Source: Propionibacteriaceae bacterium
GTDB taxonomy: Bacteria > Actinomycetota > Actinomycetes > Propionibacteriales > Propionibacteriaceae
Length of the DNA stretch: 37,384 nucleotides
NCBI GenBank assembly: GCA_035641435.1
Contig: DASQUF010000491.1
Location: forward strand, 1-37,384
Direction: 5' to 3'
This document shows positions 20,060 to 29,355 of this stretch, one piece after another. A model generated the notes under the pieces. It was given only the letters and a program-made list of their open reading frames with translations. It was not told the DNA's origin and did not search any database. Positions within the stretch are counted from its first letter, which is position 1; each line of letters opens with the position of its first letter. The translations under genes and the position numbers were made by a program.

Positions 20060-20792
20060 GGTCGCGGGCCAGAAGCTGAGGCACGGCTACACCAACTCCA
20101 CCGCGACCGACGGCCGGACAGTCGTCAAACGCTATCTCGGCCCGGACGCCGGAGAGCGTCAGCACAACGAGGTCACGGCGTTGACCGCGGTAGCGGGGCT
20201 CCTTCCGGTGCCGCCGATCGCCGCCGTGGGCGAGGGCGAGGTCACCCTGGGCCTGGCGGCCGGCCGGCCGGGACAGGAGCTGCTCGAGGACAAGCCGGAG
20301 CCAGTGCTCTACGAGGTGGGTCGGCTGGCCCGTCAGGTGGCGGCGGTCGAGGCTTCGTCGCTCGCCGCCCTGGATGCGGCCCCGGCCGGCACCGTGCCCA
20401 GAACCGACACGCGGGAGCGAAGCGACCCCCAGGCACTGCGGCGAGCAGGGTTGGTGCACGGCGACTTCGGGCCGCAGAACCTGCTGCTCGACGAGGTCAC
20501 CGCCGAACCCACAGCCCTGCTCGACTGGGAGTTCGCCCACATCGGCGATCCGGTCGAGGACGTGGCGTGGGCGGAGTGGATCGTCCGCACCCACCACCCG
20601 CACCTGGTGCCGGCGCTGCCCGCCCTGTTCGGCGGCTACGGCGGGGAGCCGCCGTGGCGCGTACGCCAGGAGTCGATGCTCGACAAGTGCCGGTGGCTCC
20701 TCGGCTTCGCCCGCCGCCGGCCCGACCCGACCAAGGCCGGCGTCGAGCTGTGGCGGCAACGCCTGGCGGACACGGAAGCCTTCCGTCCTTAG
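20052..20792 (+). CDS. APH/choline-kinase-like phosphotransferase
   Basis: GYTN, VVKRY, LVHGDFGPQNLL, LLDWEFAHIGDP..DVAW. Confidence 0.85.
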   Translation: MAEVAGQKLRHGYTNSTATDGRTVVKRYLGPDAGERQHNEVTALTAVAGLLPVPPIAAVGEGEVTLGLAAGRPGQELLEDKPEPVLYEVGRLARQVAAVEASSLAALDAAPAGTVPRTDTRERSDPQALRRAGLVHGDFGPQNLLLDEVTAEPTALLDWEFAHIGDPVEDVAWAEWIVRTHHPHLVPALPALFGGYGGEPPWRVRQESMLDKCRWLLGFARRRPDPTKAGVELWRQRLADTEAFRP

Positions 20793-21193
20793 AGGGTGCG
20801 GAGCAGCTCGTTGGCCTCGGCCGGCGTCAGCGCACCGGAGGCCACCTCGGCCAGGATCTGGTCGCGGGTCAGCCGAGGTTGCGGCTCCGGCTCGTCGGTC
20901 AGGTCGAGCTTGCGCAGCAGGTCGGCGAACCGCAGCCGGGCCGTCGGGTAGGACACGCCCAGGTGCTTCTCCACCTCCCGCAGGTTGCCGCGGGAGGCGA
21001 GGAAGACCCGGAGCATCTCGGTCTCGGCCGGGTTCAGCGCGCAGAACGAGCAGGGGGCGAAGACCCCGGCCAGCTCGCTGCCGCAAGCCGGGCAGCCGAG
21101 GCGGGTGGTGGCCAGCCGCTCGCCGCAGACCGGGCAGTCGCTCGGGGCCCGGTGCTCGTGGCGCTCGGCCGGGCGGCGAGACCGTTCGGTCAC
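20789..21193 (-). CDS. DUF2089 family protein (Zn ribbon + HTH + SHOCT-like tail)
   Basis: CPVC..CPAC, FLASRGNLREVEKHLGVSYPTARLR, ILAEVASGALTPAEANELL; GGAGG before GTG 21193. Confidence 0.88.
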   Translation of the reverse strand: MTERSRRPAERHEHRAPSDCPVCGERLATTRLGCPACGSELAGVFAPCSFCALNPAETEMLRVFLASRGNLREVEKHLGVSYPTARLRFADLLRKLDLTDEPEPQPRLTRDQILAEVASGALTPAEANELLRTL

Positions 21194-21266
21194 GTGTCCT
21201 CCTCGCCAACGCTCGTCGGCCACGTTGCCGACGGTGCTGTGCTGGATGGTGAGCCCACAAGCTCGC

Positions 21267-22295
21267 TCACGCCACCCCCGCCTCGCTGGGCCGGTCGGAG
21301 CCGACCCGGACCTGGGCGTGGCCCATCACGACCTCGATGTCCAGCTTGGCGCTGCCGTTGCCCATGACGACCTCGTCACCGGCGCCGTTGTGCCCGCCCG
21401 TCCAGCTCACCTTGCCGAGCTGGGCGTCGCCCTTGACCGTGACGTTCGAGTGGTCAGCGAGCGTGATCGACAGCGAACCCGACTCCGCCCGGATCCGGTT
21501 GCGCCCGGTGGTGATCGCGCCGGTGATTGTGGCCTGACCGGCCTGGATCAGAGCGTCGTTGATCTCGCCCACGTCGAGCAGCTTGGCGCCGCCGGCGGTG
21601 ACCCGAACCTTGCCCAGGTGCGGCACGCGCTCGGTGTTCAGGCTGCCGGCGGTGACCTCGACATCGATCACGATGCCGGGGTTGACCTTTAGCAGCAGCT
21701 CCTTGCCCAGGCCGAGGGAGCGGATGTCGTCCAGCGACCGCGGTGCGCCGCGCAGGATGCTGAACCCGTCCAACGACGCGCCCAGCTCACCGTCGCTGGA
21801 GACCTCCAGCACGGTGCCGTTGCGGCGCAGCACGTGCGGACCGTCGGCGGACAGGGTCGCGACTGAGGTCTCACCGAGGATTCGGACCCGGCGGCCGACG
21901 GCGCGGACCGAGATCCGCTCTACGCCACTGGTGTTGACCGGCTTGGTCCGCACCGGCTCGGCCGGCGGCTCCGGCGAGTGGTCTGGCTCGCGCGGCGGAG
22001 GCAGGAAGCTCTCGCTGGTGTGGGTCGCGTGCTGGGGCCGGTCCGTCTCGGCCGCCCACGGGTCGCTGCCGGCCGCGGCTAGCTCCTCGTTGGTCGGCTC
22101 GGCCGGCGCCGGCTCGTCCGCGTCGGCGGCCGTGGCCGGCTCCGGCGGGCTGGTGGGCGGGAACTGGTCCGCGGGCTCGGCCGCGGCGGTCGGCTCCGCG
22201 GCCTTGAGCGCGTCGATACGGCGCGCGGCTTCCGCGGCGTCGATGCGCCCAGCGGCAAGCTCTTCCAGGATGTTCGTCATGTCCGGAGTGGTCAT
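21267..22295 (-). CDS. SHOCT-like N-terminus + beta-rich repeat (Toastrack/DUF4097-like) protein
   Basis: ILEELAAGRIDAAEAARRIDAL, Pro/Ala/Glu linker, repetitive beta-strand C-terminus; upstream of DUF2089. Confidence 0.7.
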   Translation of the reverse strand: MTTPDMTNILEELAAGRIDAAEAARRIDALKAAEPTAAAEPADQFPPTSPPEPATAADADEPAPAEPTNEELAAAGSDPWAAETDRPQHATHTSESFLPPPREPDHSPEPPAEPVRTKPVNTSGVERISVRAVGRRVRILGETSVATLSADGPHVLRRNGTVLEVSSDGELGASLDGFSILRGAPRSLDDIRSLGLGKELLLKVNPGIVIDVEVTAGSLNTERVPHLGKVRVTAGGAKLLDVGEINDALIQAGQATITGAITTGRNRIRAESGSLSITLADHSNVTVKGDAQLGKVSWTGGHNGAGDEVVMGNGSAKLDIEVVMGHAQVRVGSDRPSEAGVA

Positions 22296-22373
22296 AGAAC
22301 GAATGTAAAGCGGAGGTTTCCACAATGGAAGACCCGCTTACTTGTTCAGGGGCACATCAGGGACGGTATATGG

Positions 22374-22386
22374 TTGCATTATGCAA
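22374..22386. promoter_or_regulatory. Palindromic operator overlapping the marR start
   Basis: TTGCAT-T-ATGCAA, spanning from the TATGGT -10 hexamer (22369-22374) into the ATG. Confidence 0.65.
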
Positions 22387-22848
22387 GTTACCGCTCCACG
22401 GGCCCGGTCGGAGGTCACCGCGGAGGTGCTGGACGCCATGATGGGCGTCGGTCGCCGATTCCGCCGGCCCAGCGCCGGAACCACGGTCGACCCGGGGTCC
22501 TTCTGGCTGCTCAGGTCTCTGCTCGGTGAGGAGCCGGTCCGGCCAACGGACCTCGCCGCCAGCATGGCCCTGGACATCTCGACCGTGTCGCGCCACCTGG
22601 CCCAGCTGCAACGGGCCGGACTGGTGGAACGGTCCCCCGACCCGGACGACCGCCGCGCCCAACGGGTGCAGCTCACCCCGACCGGTCGCGCCGAGGTCCA
22701 CAAGGCGCTGTCCGCCCGTCGGGCTCTGCTCGAACAGAGCCTGGCCGGATGGAGCGACGACGACGTCGAGCTGCTGCATCGCCTGATCACCCGCATGCTC
22801 GCCGACCTTGAGAGCGCCGAGGAAGGACCGCACGACGATGACCGCTGA
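22381..22848 (+). CDS. MarR family transcriptional regulator
   Basis: DLA..LDISTVSRHLAQL..GLVERSPDPDDRRA..LTPTG. Confidence 0.92.
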   Translation: MQVTAPRARSEVTAEVLDAMMGVGRRFRRPSAGTTVDPGSFWLLRSLLGEEPVRPTDLAASMALDISTVSRHLAQLQRAGLVERSPDPDDRRAQRVQLTPTGRAEVHKALSARRALLEQSLAGWSDDDVELLHRLITRMLADLESAEEGPHDDDR

Positions 22849-24475
22849 ACCGACCACGGACGAGCAGACCACGGGCGGCGACGGCAGCATGCCGGGCTAC
22901 CTGAGCCGCTCGCAGATCCGCGTGGTTCTGAGCGGCCTGATGGCCGGGATGTTCCTGGCCGCCCTGGACCAGAGCATCGTCGGCGTCGCGCTGCCCAAGA
23001 TCACCTCCGAGCTGGGTGGCCTGGACAAGCTCTCCTGGGTCGTCACCGCGTACCTGCTCACCTCCACCGCATCCACTCCGCTGTGGGGCAAGGTTTCCGA
23101 CCTCTACGGCCGCCGGCCGATGTTCCAGTCCGCCATCGTGGTCTTCCTGGTCGGCTCGCTGGTCTGTGGCTTCGCCAGCCCGATCGCCGACGCACTGAAC
23201 ATCCCCGGCATCGATGTGATGATCGCCGGACGGGCGGTCCAGGGCCTGGGCGGTGGCGGTCTGATGTCCCTGGCCCTGGCCGTGATCGGCGACATCATCC
23301 CGCCGCGGGAGCGCGGCCGCTACCAGGGCCTCTTCGGCGCCGTCTTCGGAGTCTCCTCGGTGGCCGGGCCCCTGCTCGGCGGCCTGTTCACCGACCAGCT
23401 CGGCTGGGAGTGGATCTTCTTCATCAACATCCCGATCGGCGCGGCTGCCCTCGTGGTGACCTCGATCGCCCTCAAGCTGCACCACGTACGCCGGGAGTCG
23501 CGGGTCGACTACCTCGGCGCCGCGCTCATCGTCGGCGCCGTGACCAGCCTGGTGCTCTACCTGAGCTGGGCCGGGCCCGACGTCGGCTGGACCTCGCCCA
23601 CCGGACTCGCCATGCTGGCCGCCACTGTCGTCCTCGCGGTGGTGTTCGTGCTGGTCGAGCGCCGGGCCGCCGAGCCCGTCATCCCGATCTCGCTCTTCCG
23701 GCAGTGGACGTTCACCTCGAACGTGATCTTCGCCATGATCATGGGCGTCGGGATGTTCGGCGGCCTGATCTACCTCCCGATCTACCTGCAGGCGGTCAAG
23801 GCGTTCTCGGCCACCGAGTCCGGGCTGGCCATGCTGCCCCTGGTCGTCGGCATCTTCACCACCTCGATCAGCGGTGGGCAGATCATGTCCCGGACCGGCC
23901 GCTACAAGTGGATGCCGATCACCGGCTCGGCGGTCGTCGGCGCCGCGCTGTTCGCCTTGTCCCGAATCCAGGTCGACACCACGTACCCGGTCCTGGCGGT
24001 GATCATGTTCGCGTTCGGCGCCGGGCTGGGCTTCACGATGCAGGTGGTGGTGACCGCCGTGCAGAACAGCGTGGACCGCAGGGACATGGGCGCCGCCACC
24101 GCCTCGGTGACGTTCTTCCGGTCGATGGGCGGCGCGGTCGGGACCGCCTTGTTCGGAGCGATCCTGAACACCCGGCTGGCGCACCACCTCACCGAGACCG
24201 TCCCCGCTGCCGCCCAGTCCCAGCTCGGCGCGGCCGCCGCGGGAGCCAACGACATCACGGCGCTGCGGACGCTCCCCGAGCCGGTCCGGACCTGGGTGCT
24301 CACGGCCTTCACCCAGGCCATGGACGACGTGTTCCTGGTCGGCGTGCCGTTCATGGTGGTGGCGCTGGTCATCGCGGTCTTCATGACCGAGCGACCGCTG
24401 ACCGACCGTGAGCAACCCGCACCGGTCGCCCAGCAGGCGCCCGCGACGCCGCTGACCTCAGTTGCCGGGCCGTGA
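22838..24475 (+). CDS. MFS drug efflux transporter, DHA2 (14-TMS)
   Basis: LAALDQSIV..ALP, WGKVSDLYGRR, GRAVQGLGGG, GPLLGG..WEWIFFINIPIG; overlaps marR. Confidence 0.93.
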   Translation: MTAEPTTDEQTTGGDGSMPGYLSRSQIRVVLSGLMAGMFLAALDQSIVGVALPKITSELGGLDKLSWVVTAYLLTSTASTPLWGKVSDLYGRRPMFQSAIVVFLVGSLVCGFASPIADALNIPGIDVMIAGRAVQGLGGGGLMSLALAVIGDIIPPRERGRYQGLFGAVFGVSSVAGPLLGGLFTDQLGWEWIFFINIPIGAAALVVTSIALKLHHVRRESRVDYLGAALIVGAVTSLVLYLSWAGPDVGWTSPTGLAMLAATVVLAVVFVLVERRAAEPVIPISLFRQWTFTSNVIFAMIMGVGMFGGLIYLPIYLQAVKAFSATESGLAMLPLVVGIFTTSISGGQIMSRTGRYKWMPITGSAVVGAALFALSRIQVDTTYPVLAVIMFAFGAGLGFTMQVVVTAVQNSVDRRDMGAATASVTFFRSMGGAVGTALFGAILNTRLAHHLTETVPAAAQSQLGAAAAGANDITALRTLPEPVRTWVLTAFTQAMDDVFLVGVPFMVVALVIAVFMTERPLTDREQPAPVAQQAPATPLTSVAGP

Positions 24476-24588
24476 CCAATCGGGCGCGTCCGACAACTAT
24501 TCCGCATCACCGGCGCTGCGACTTCGAAAATGTCAGCGCCCGATGGCACCCTGGATGGGGCAAGGGCGGGACGGTACGAAGGACACAT

Positions 24589-25845
24589 ATGCCCACGAAT
24601 GGGGTGCGTGCACTCGGCGCATTTGTTGCGGCACTCACGCTGCTGGGCGTGACCGCCTGCGGCAGTGACCGCAACCCCCTGGCCAGCGGCAGCGATCCGC
24701 AGCCGTCCGGCACCGGTTCGACCGCCGTCACACCGGGCGATTCGCCCAGCCCGACGACGCCACCCGCGCCGGATCCGGTGACCCTGACGGCCAATGTGGC
24801 CGACAAGGCGACCAAGGTGACCGTGGACACCGTGGTCAGGGTGACGGCCAAGGCCGGCACGTTGACCAAGGTCAAGGTGGCCTACCGATACACCGACCAC
24901 CGGGCCGGCAAGACCGTCAGGGGTGCCCTCGACGGCGCGTTGAGCAAGGACAGGGCGACCTGGACCGCCGTCGAGCGGCTCGAGCCGGCGGCGACGTACG
25001 CGATCTCCATGACTGGCAAGAACACGGCCGGGCAGTCGCAGACGGCGACCAGCAGCTTCACCACCCACAACCTCTCTCTGGACGAGCAGACGTACCCGAG
25101 CATCTACCCGCAGCCGGGCAGCAAGGTCGGCATCGGGATGCCGGTCGTGCTGACCTTCGACGTGCCGGTCAAGGACAAGAAGGAGTTCCAGAAGAATTTG
25201 CAGGTGACCTCCTCCCCCGCCCAGACCGGCACCTGGAACTGGTTCTCCGACACCCAGGTCCGGTTCCGTCCGGCGAAGTACTGGAAGCCGGGCACCAAGG
25301 TCAAGGTCACGGCCAACTTGAACGGGGTCAAGGCCGGCAACGGGGTCTACGGCCAGAAGTCGGTCTCCACCTCCTTCACGGTCGGCCGATCCTTCATCAC
25401 CAAGGTCAACCTGGCCAGCGACGTGGCCAGGGTCTACCGCAGCGGCAAGCTGGTCAAGACCATCTACGTCAGCGGCGGCAAGCCGGGCTGGGAGACCCGC
25501 AGCGGCGTCAAGCTGATCATGGCCAAGGAATACAACAAGAAGATGACCAACGAGATGATCGGGGCGAAGGAGGACTACTCCCTCGTCGCGCGGCACGCGC
25601 TGCGGATCACCAACTCCGGTGAGTTCCTGCACTCCGCGCCGTGGAATACGGCTCACTTCGGCCGCCGCAACGCCAGCCACGGCTGCGTCGGCATGAGCAA
25701 CGCCAACGCCGCCTGGCTGTACGCGAACACCCTGATCGGCGACCCGGTGATCACCACCGGCAGCCGCCGCGGCGTGGAGCAGGGCAACGGGTACTCCGAC
25801 TGGAACCTCTCCTACGCGCAGTACAAGAAGGGTTCGGCGCTCTAG
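24589..25845 (+). CDS. L,D-transpeptidase lipoprotein
   Basis: Lipobox VTAC, Ig-like domains, catalytic GEFLHSAPW..NASHGCVGM. Confidence 0.93.
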   Translation: MPTNGVRALGAFVAALTLLGVTACGSDRNPLASGSDPQPSGTGSTAVTPGDSPSPTTPPAPDPVTLTANVADKATKVTVDTVVRVTAKAGTLTKVKVAYRYTDHRAGKTVRGALDGALSKDRATWTAVERLEPAATYAISMTGKNTAGQSQTATSSFTTHNLSLDEQTYPSIYPQPGSKVGIGMPVVLTFDVPVKDKKEFQKNLQVTSSPAQTGTWNWFSDTQVRFRPAKYWKPGTKVKVTANLNGVKAGNGVYGQKSVSTSFTVGRSFITKVNLASDVARVYRSGKLVKTIYVSGGKPGWETRSGVKLIMAKEYNKKMTNEMIGAKEDYSLVARHALRITNSGEFLHSAPWNTAHFGRRNASHGCVGMSNANAAWLYANTLIGDPVITTGSRRGVEQGNGYSDWNLSYAQYKKGSAL

Positions 25846-25991
25846 GCCGTGACCAGGGCAGGAAGTCCGGTCACGGCTGCGATGGCCTCGTCCAGCTTTG
25901 CAACAGGACCGGCCCAGGCGACGTAGCCATCGGGCCGGACCACAACGGCGTCCTGGCTACCCAACGCGTAGGTCGTCGCGAACTGGCCGTC
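25842..25991 (-). pseudogene. C-terminal remnant of an FAD-dependent aromatic-ring monooxygenase
   Basis: Manual translation DGQFATTYALGSQDAVVVRPDGYVAWAGPVAKLDEAIAAVTGLPALVTA*; VRPDGYVAW is typical of these enzymes' C-terminal domain; the rest of the gene is absent. Confidence 0.7.
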
Positions 25992-26020
25992 TCGCGCTCG
26001 CGCCCCACCAACGGCATCGT

Positions 26021-27316
26021 TCAGGCAGGTCGGCGGATCGGCGGCCAGTGCGGCCGAACCGGGACCGGCTCGGCCGCCCCAGCGAGGTACTGGGTGAACG
26101 ACTTGATGAAGGCCAGCAACGGCACGGCCATCAACGCACCGACGATCCCGCCGACGATGATGCCGACGGCGATGGCGAGCAGCACCGCTAGCGGGTGGAG
26201 CTTGACCGCCCGGCCGAGCAGGAACGGCTGGAGCACGTGACCCTCGATCTGCATCACCAGGATGATTCCGGCCAGCATGATCAACGCCTGCACCCAGCCG
26301 AGGGCGACGAGCGCGACGACGACTGCGACGAAGCCCGACACGAACGCCCCCACCAGCGGGATGAAGGCGCCGATGAAGACCAGGGCGGCCAAGGCGGGGG
26401 CCACCGGTACGCCGAGGATGAGGGCGACGATCAGCACCCCAACAGCATCGACCGCCGCGACCAGGATGGTGGCCCGCATGTAGGCCGACAGCGAGCGCCA
26501 GCCCTTTCGCGCGGCCTCGTCGATCTGCCGCCGGCTCGGCCGGGGTACGAAGTTGAGCAGGAACGTGAAGATGCCGCGCCCGTCGTAGAGGAAGTAGAAC
26601 AGCGTGAACAGAGCTATCGCGAAGCCGGCCAGGAAGTGGCCGGCGCCCGCCCCGATGGCGGCGGCGTACTCAGCGAGGAGGCTCTGGCTGTCGCGCAGGA
26701 AGTTGGAGATACGGCTGACCCACTGGTCGGAGTCCAGCCAACTGTCGCTGATCGGGATCGGGCCGTTACGCAGGTAGTTGAGCAGCTGGTCAAAGCCCTG
26801 CACCACGTTGCCGGACAGCGTCGAGGCCTGAACCACGATCTGGGTGCCGATCAGCACGAGCGAGCCAGCAATCAGGGCCAGTCCGCCGAGCACGGTGGCC
26901 GCCGTCGCTGCGCCGCGGGGGAATCCCCAGGAGCGAAGCCGGTCGGCCACCGGGGAGAGCAGTGCGGCTAGCAGGATGGCGATGGCGACCGGCACCATGA
27001 CCTCGGACAGATAGCGGGCCAGCCAGGCGAGAGCGAAGACGACGGCCACCACCAGCAGCACCCGCCAGGACCAGGCCGCGGCGATCTGCAGACCCGGTGG
27101 AACGGCCCGGTCGAACTCCGACGCCGGGGTGACGACCGTGACCTCGGTCGGGGGCGCGGGCGACACGACAGGAGCGGGCGGCACAACGGGCATCGGGGGC
27201 TTCGACGCATCGCCCGCGGCCGTCGATGGCGCAGGGGCTTCCGTTTCCGATGCCGCGTACGTCCAGCGCCCCCGGCGCCGGGCGACTCGCGTCCGGATCC
27301 CCTCGGTTAGTCCCAC
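26021..27316 (-). CDS. AI-2E (UPF0118/PerM) family transporter
   Basis: FYFLYDG, GAFIPLVGA, QIEGHVLQPFLLGRAVKLHPL; start uncertain. Confidence 0.92.
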   Translation of the reverse strand: MGLTEGIRTRVARRRGRWTYAASETEAPAPSTAAGDASKPPMPVVPPAPVVSPAPPTEVTVVTPASEFDRAVPPGLQIAAAWSWRVLLVVAVVFALAWLARYLSEVMVPVAIAILLAALLSPVADRLRSWGFPRGAATAATVLGGLALIAGSLVLIGTQIVVQASTLSGNVVQGFDQLLNYLRNGPIPISDSWLDSDQWVSRISNFLRDSQSLLAEYAAAIGAGAGHFLAGFAIALFTLFYFLYDGRGIFTFLLNFVPRPSRRQIDEAARKGWRSLSAYMRATILVAAVDAVGVLIVALILGVPVAPALAALVFIGAFIPLVGAFVSGFVAVVVALVALGWVQALIMLAGIILVMQIEGHVLQPFLLGRAVKLHPLAVLLAIAVGIIVGGIVGALMAVPLLAFIKSFTQYLAGAAEPVPVRPHWPPIRRPA

Positions 27317-27333
27317 CCCATTACGTTATCCCG

Positions 27334-28569
27334 GTGAGCAGACTGGGTGCGGTTCGCGAGGGGATCCGCGCCCGCACCTCGCTTCCCCGTGAGGTGCTCG
27401 TCCTGGGACTGATCGCGTTCTGCGTCGCCGTCGGCTTCGGCGTGCTGGTGCCGGTGCTGCCGGTCTTCGCCCGCAGCTTCGACGTGGGCAACTTCGAGGT
27501 CGGCGCGGTCATCTCGGCCTTCGCGCTGATGCGGTTGGTGTCCAGCCCCCTGTGCGGCCGGATGATCGAGCGCTGGAGCGAGCGGGTGGTGATGGCCACC
27601 GGCATCTTCATCGTGGCCGTCTCGAGCGGCCTGGCCGGGATCTCCCAGTCCTACGAGCAGCTCCTGGTGCTTCGCGGCGTCGGCGGAGTCGGCTCGGCGA
27701 TGTTCACGGTGTCGGCGTTCACGCTGCTGCTCACCTCGGTCGAGGCCGGGCTGCGGGGCCGGGCGGCCGGCTTCTTCCAGAGCGGGTTCCTGATCGGCGG
27801 TATGGCCGGCCCGGCCGTGGGCGCCCTGCTGTCCGCCATCTCGCTCACCGCCCCCTTCTTCTTCTACGCCGGCACTCTTGCCGTCGCCGGCACGGTCGGT
27901 CTGGTGCTGTTGCGGGCGCGGGAGCCTCGGCCCGACCAGGTCAACGCCGTCGCGGTACGGTTCGCCGACGCGCTCCGGGACCCGCGGTACCAGGCCGCTC
28001 TCCTGACCAACCTGGCCCAGGGCTGGACCGCCTTCGGGGTTCGCTCCTCGTTGGTGCCGGTCCTGGTCGTGGAGGTGCTGCAGCGGCCGGCGTCCTGGAC
28101 CGGGATCGCCTTCGCGGTGGCCGCGGTGGCCCAGACCATCGCCCTCGGCCCGGCCGGCCGTTTCGTGGATACCGTCGGCCGCCGACCCGCCATGATCGGC
28201 GGTGGGCTGGCGGCGGGGCTGACCATGATGGCGGTGCCGTTCGCCCCCAACATCTGGGTGCTGATCACTGTGCTCTGCGCGTACGGGGTGGCCTCGGCAT
28301 TCCTTGGGACCGCTCCGGCGGCCGCCGTGGGTGATGCGACCGGCGGGGTTCGTTCGGGTCGTGCGGTCGCCGCATTCTCGATGTGTTCCGATCTCGGGGC
28401 CATCGTTGGGCCACTGGTGGCGGGACTGCTGGCCGACACGGTCTCCTACCCGGCCGCATTCGCCGTCGGGGCGGCCCTGACTGTACTCGGTGCCGGTTGG
28501 TCGATAAGAATGCCGCGGGAGACGCCGCCGGCCGAGAGGAGGGCGAGTGAGCCAGCGTCCACTGAGTGA
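27334..28569 (+). CDS. MFS transporter
   Basis: ~12 hydrophobic segments, [20 protein letters not shown]; GTG start with TACGTT 6 nt upstream. Confidence 0.9.
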   Translation: MSRLGAVREGIRARTSLPREVLVLGLIAFCVAVGFGVLVPVLPVFARSFDVGNFEVGAVISAFALMRLVSSPLCGRMIERWSERVVMATGIFIVAVSSGLAGISQSYEQLLVLRGVGGVGSAMFTVSAFTLLLTSVEAGLRGRAAGFFQSGFLIGGMAGPAVGALLSAISLTAPFFFYAGTLAVAGTVGLVLLRAREPRPDQVNAVAVRFADALRDPRYQAALLTNLAQGWTAFGVRSSLVPVLVVEVLQRPASWTGIAFAVAAVAQTIALGPAGRFVDTVGRRPAMIGGGLAAGLTMMAVPFAPNIWVLITVLCAYGVASAFLGTAPAAAVGDATGGVRSGRAVAAFSMCSDLGAIVGPLVAGLLADTVSYPAAFAVGAALTVLGAGWSIRMPRETPPAERRASEPASTE

Positions 28570-29224
28570 GCTGGTCAGCCCGGACTGGGCTGCGGCCCTG
28601 GCGCCGGTGGCCGGGACGATCTCCGCGCTCGGAGCCTTCCTGCGCGCCGAGCTGGCGGCCGGCCGCAGCTATCTCCCGGCCGGCGACTGCGTCCTACGGG
28701 CCTTCACCCGGCCGCTGAGCGACGTGCGGGTGCTGATCGTCGGCCAGGACCCCTACCCCACGCCTGGTCATCCGGTCGGACTGTCGTTCTCGGTGGCCCG
28801 CGACGTGCGGCCGATCCCCCGGTCACTGGAGAACATCTACGCTGAGCTGCAGGCCGACCTCGGCATCCCGCGGGCCCCGCACGGCGACCTGACCCCGTGG
28901 TTCGAGCAGGGCGTCCTGCTGCTGAACCGGGTGCTGACCGTGCAACCCGGCCGCTCGGGCTCGCACCGGGGCCGGGGCTGGGAAGAGGTCACGGCACGGG
29001 CTATCGAGGCCCTGGCCGCCCGCGGCGGACCGCTGGTCGCGATCCTGTGGGGCCGCGACGCCCAGTCGCTGGTGCCGATGCTCGGGCCGGTGCCGTATCT
29101 GGCCAGCGCCCATCCGTCCCCCTTGTCGGCCCGCTCCGGCTTCTTCGGCAGCCGTCCCTTCAGCCGGGCCAACGACCTCCTGGTCCGGGCCGGCGGCGAG
29201 CCCGTCGACTGGGCGCTGCAGTAG
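28547..29224 (+). CDS. ung: Uracil-DNA glycosylase family 1
   Basis: GQDPYP, GLSFSV, GVLLLN, HPSPLSA. Confidence 0.96.
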   Translation: MSQRPLSELVSPDWAAALAPVAGTISALGAFLRAELAAGRSYLPAGDCVLRAFTRPLSDVRVLIVGQDPYPTPGHPVGLSFSVARDVRPIPRSLENIYAELQADLGIPRAPHGDLTPWFEQGVLLLNRVLTVQPGRSGSHRGRGWEEVTARAIEALAARGGPLVAILWGRDAQSLVPMLGPVPYLASAHPSPLSARSGFFGSRPFSRANDLLVRAGGEPVDWALQ

Positions 29225-29243
29225 GTACGACAGACGTTAGCCG

Positions 29244-29352
29244 GCGAGCGTCGGTAGGAGGGCGCGCGGTTCTGTCTGGACGACCAAGGGTGAACGGCTT
29301 TCCGAGCTGTCCCTCTTACCGACTGCCGTTCGCGCGCGGGAGGAAGACAGAA
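29244..29352. repeat. Intergenic element with crossing inverted repeats
   Basis: 29250-29262/29311-29323, 29270-29277/29345-29352 and 29292-29298/29325-29331 are complementary pairs. Confidence 0.55.
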
Positions 29353-29355
29353 GCC

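Noticed and set aside
24479-24544. ATCGGGCGC/GCGCCCGAT inverted repeat upstream of the L,D-transpeptidase
   Set aside because: 9 bp with a long spacer in GC-rich DNA; too weak without comparative data.
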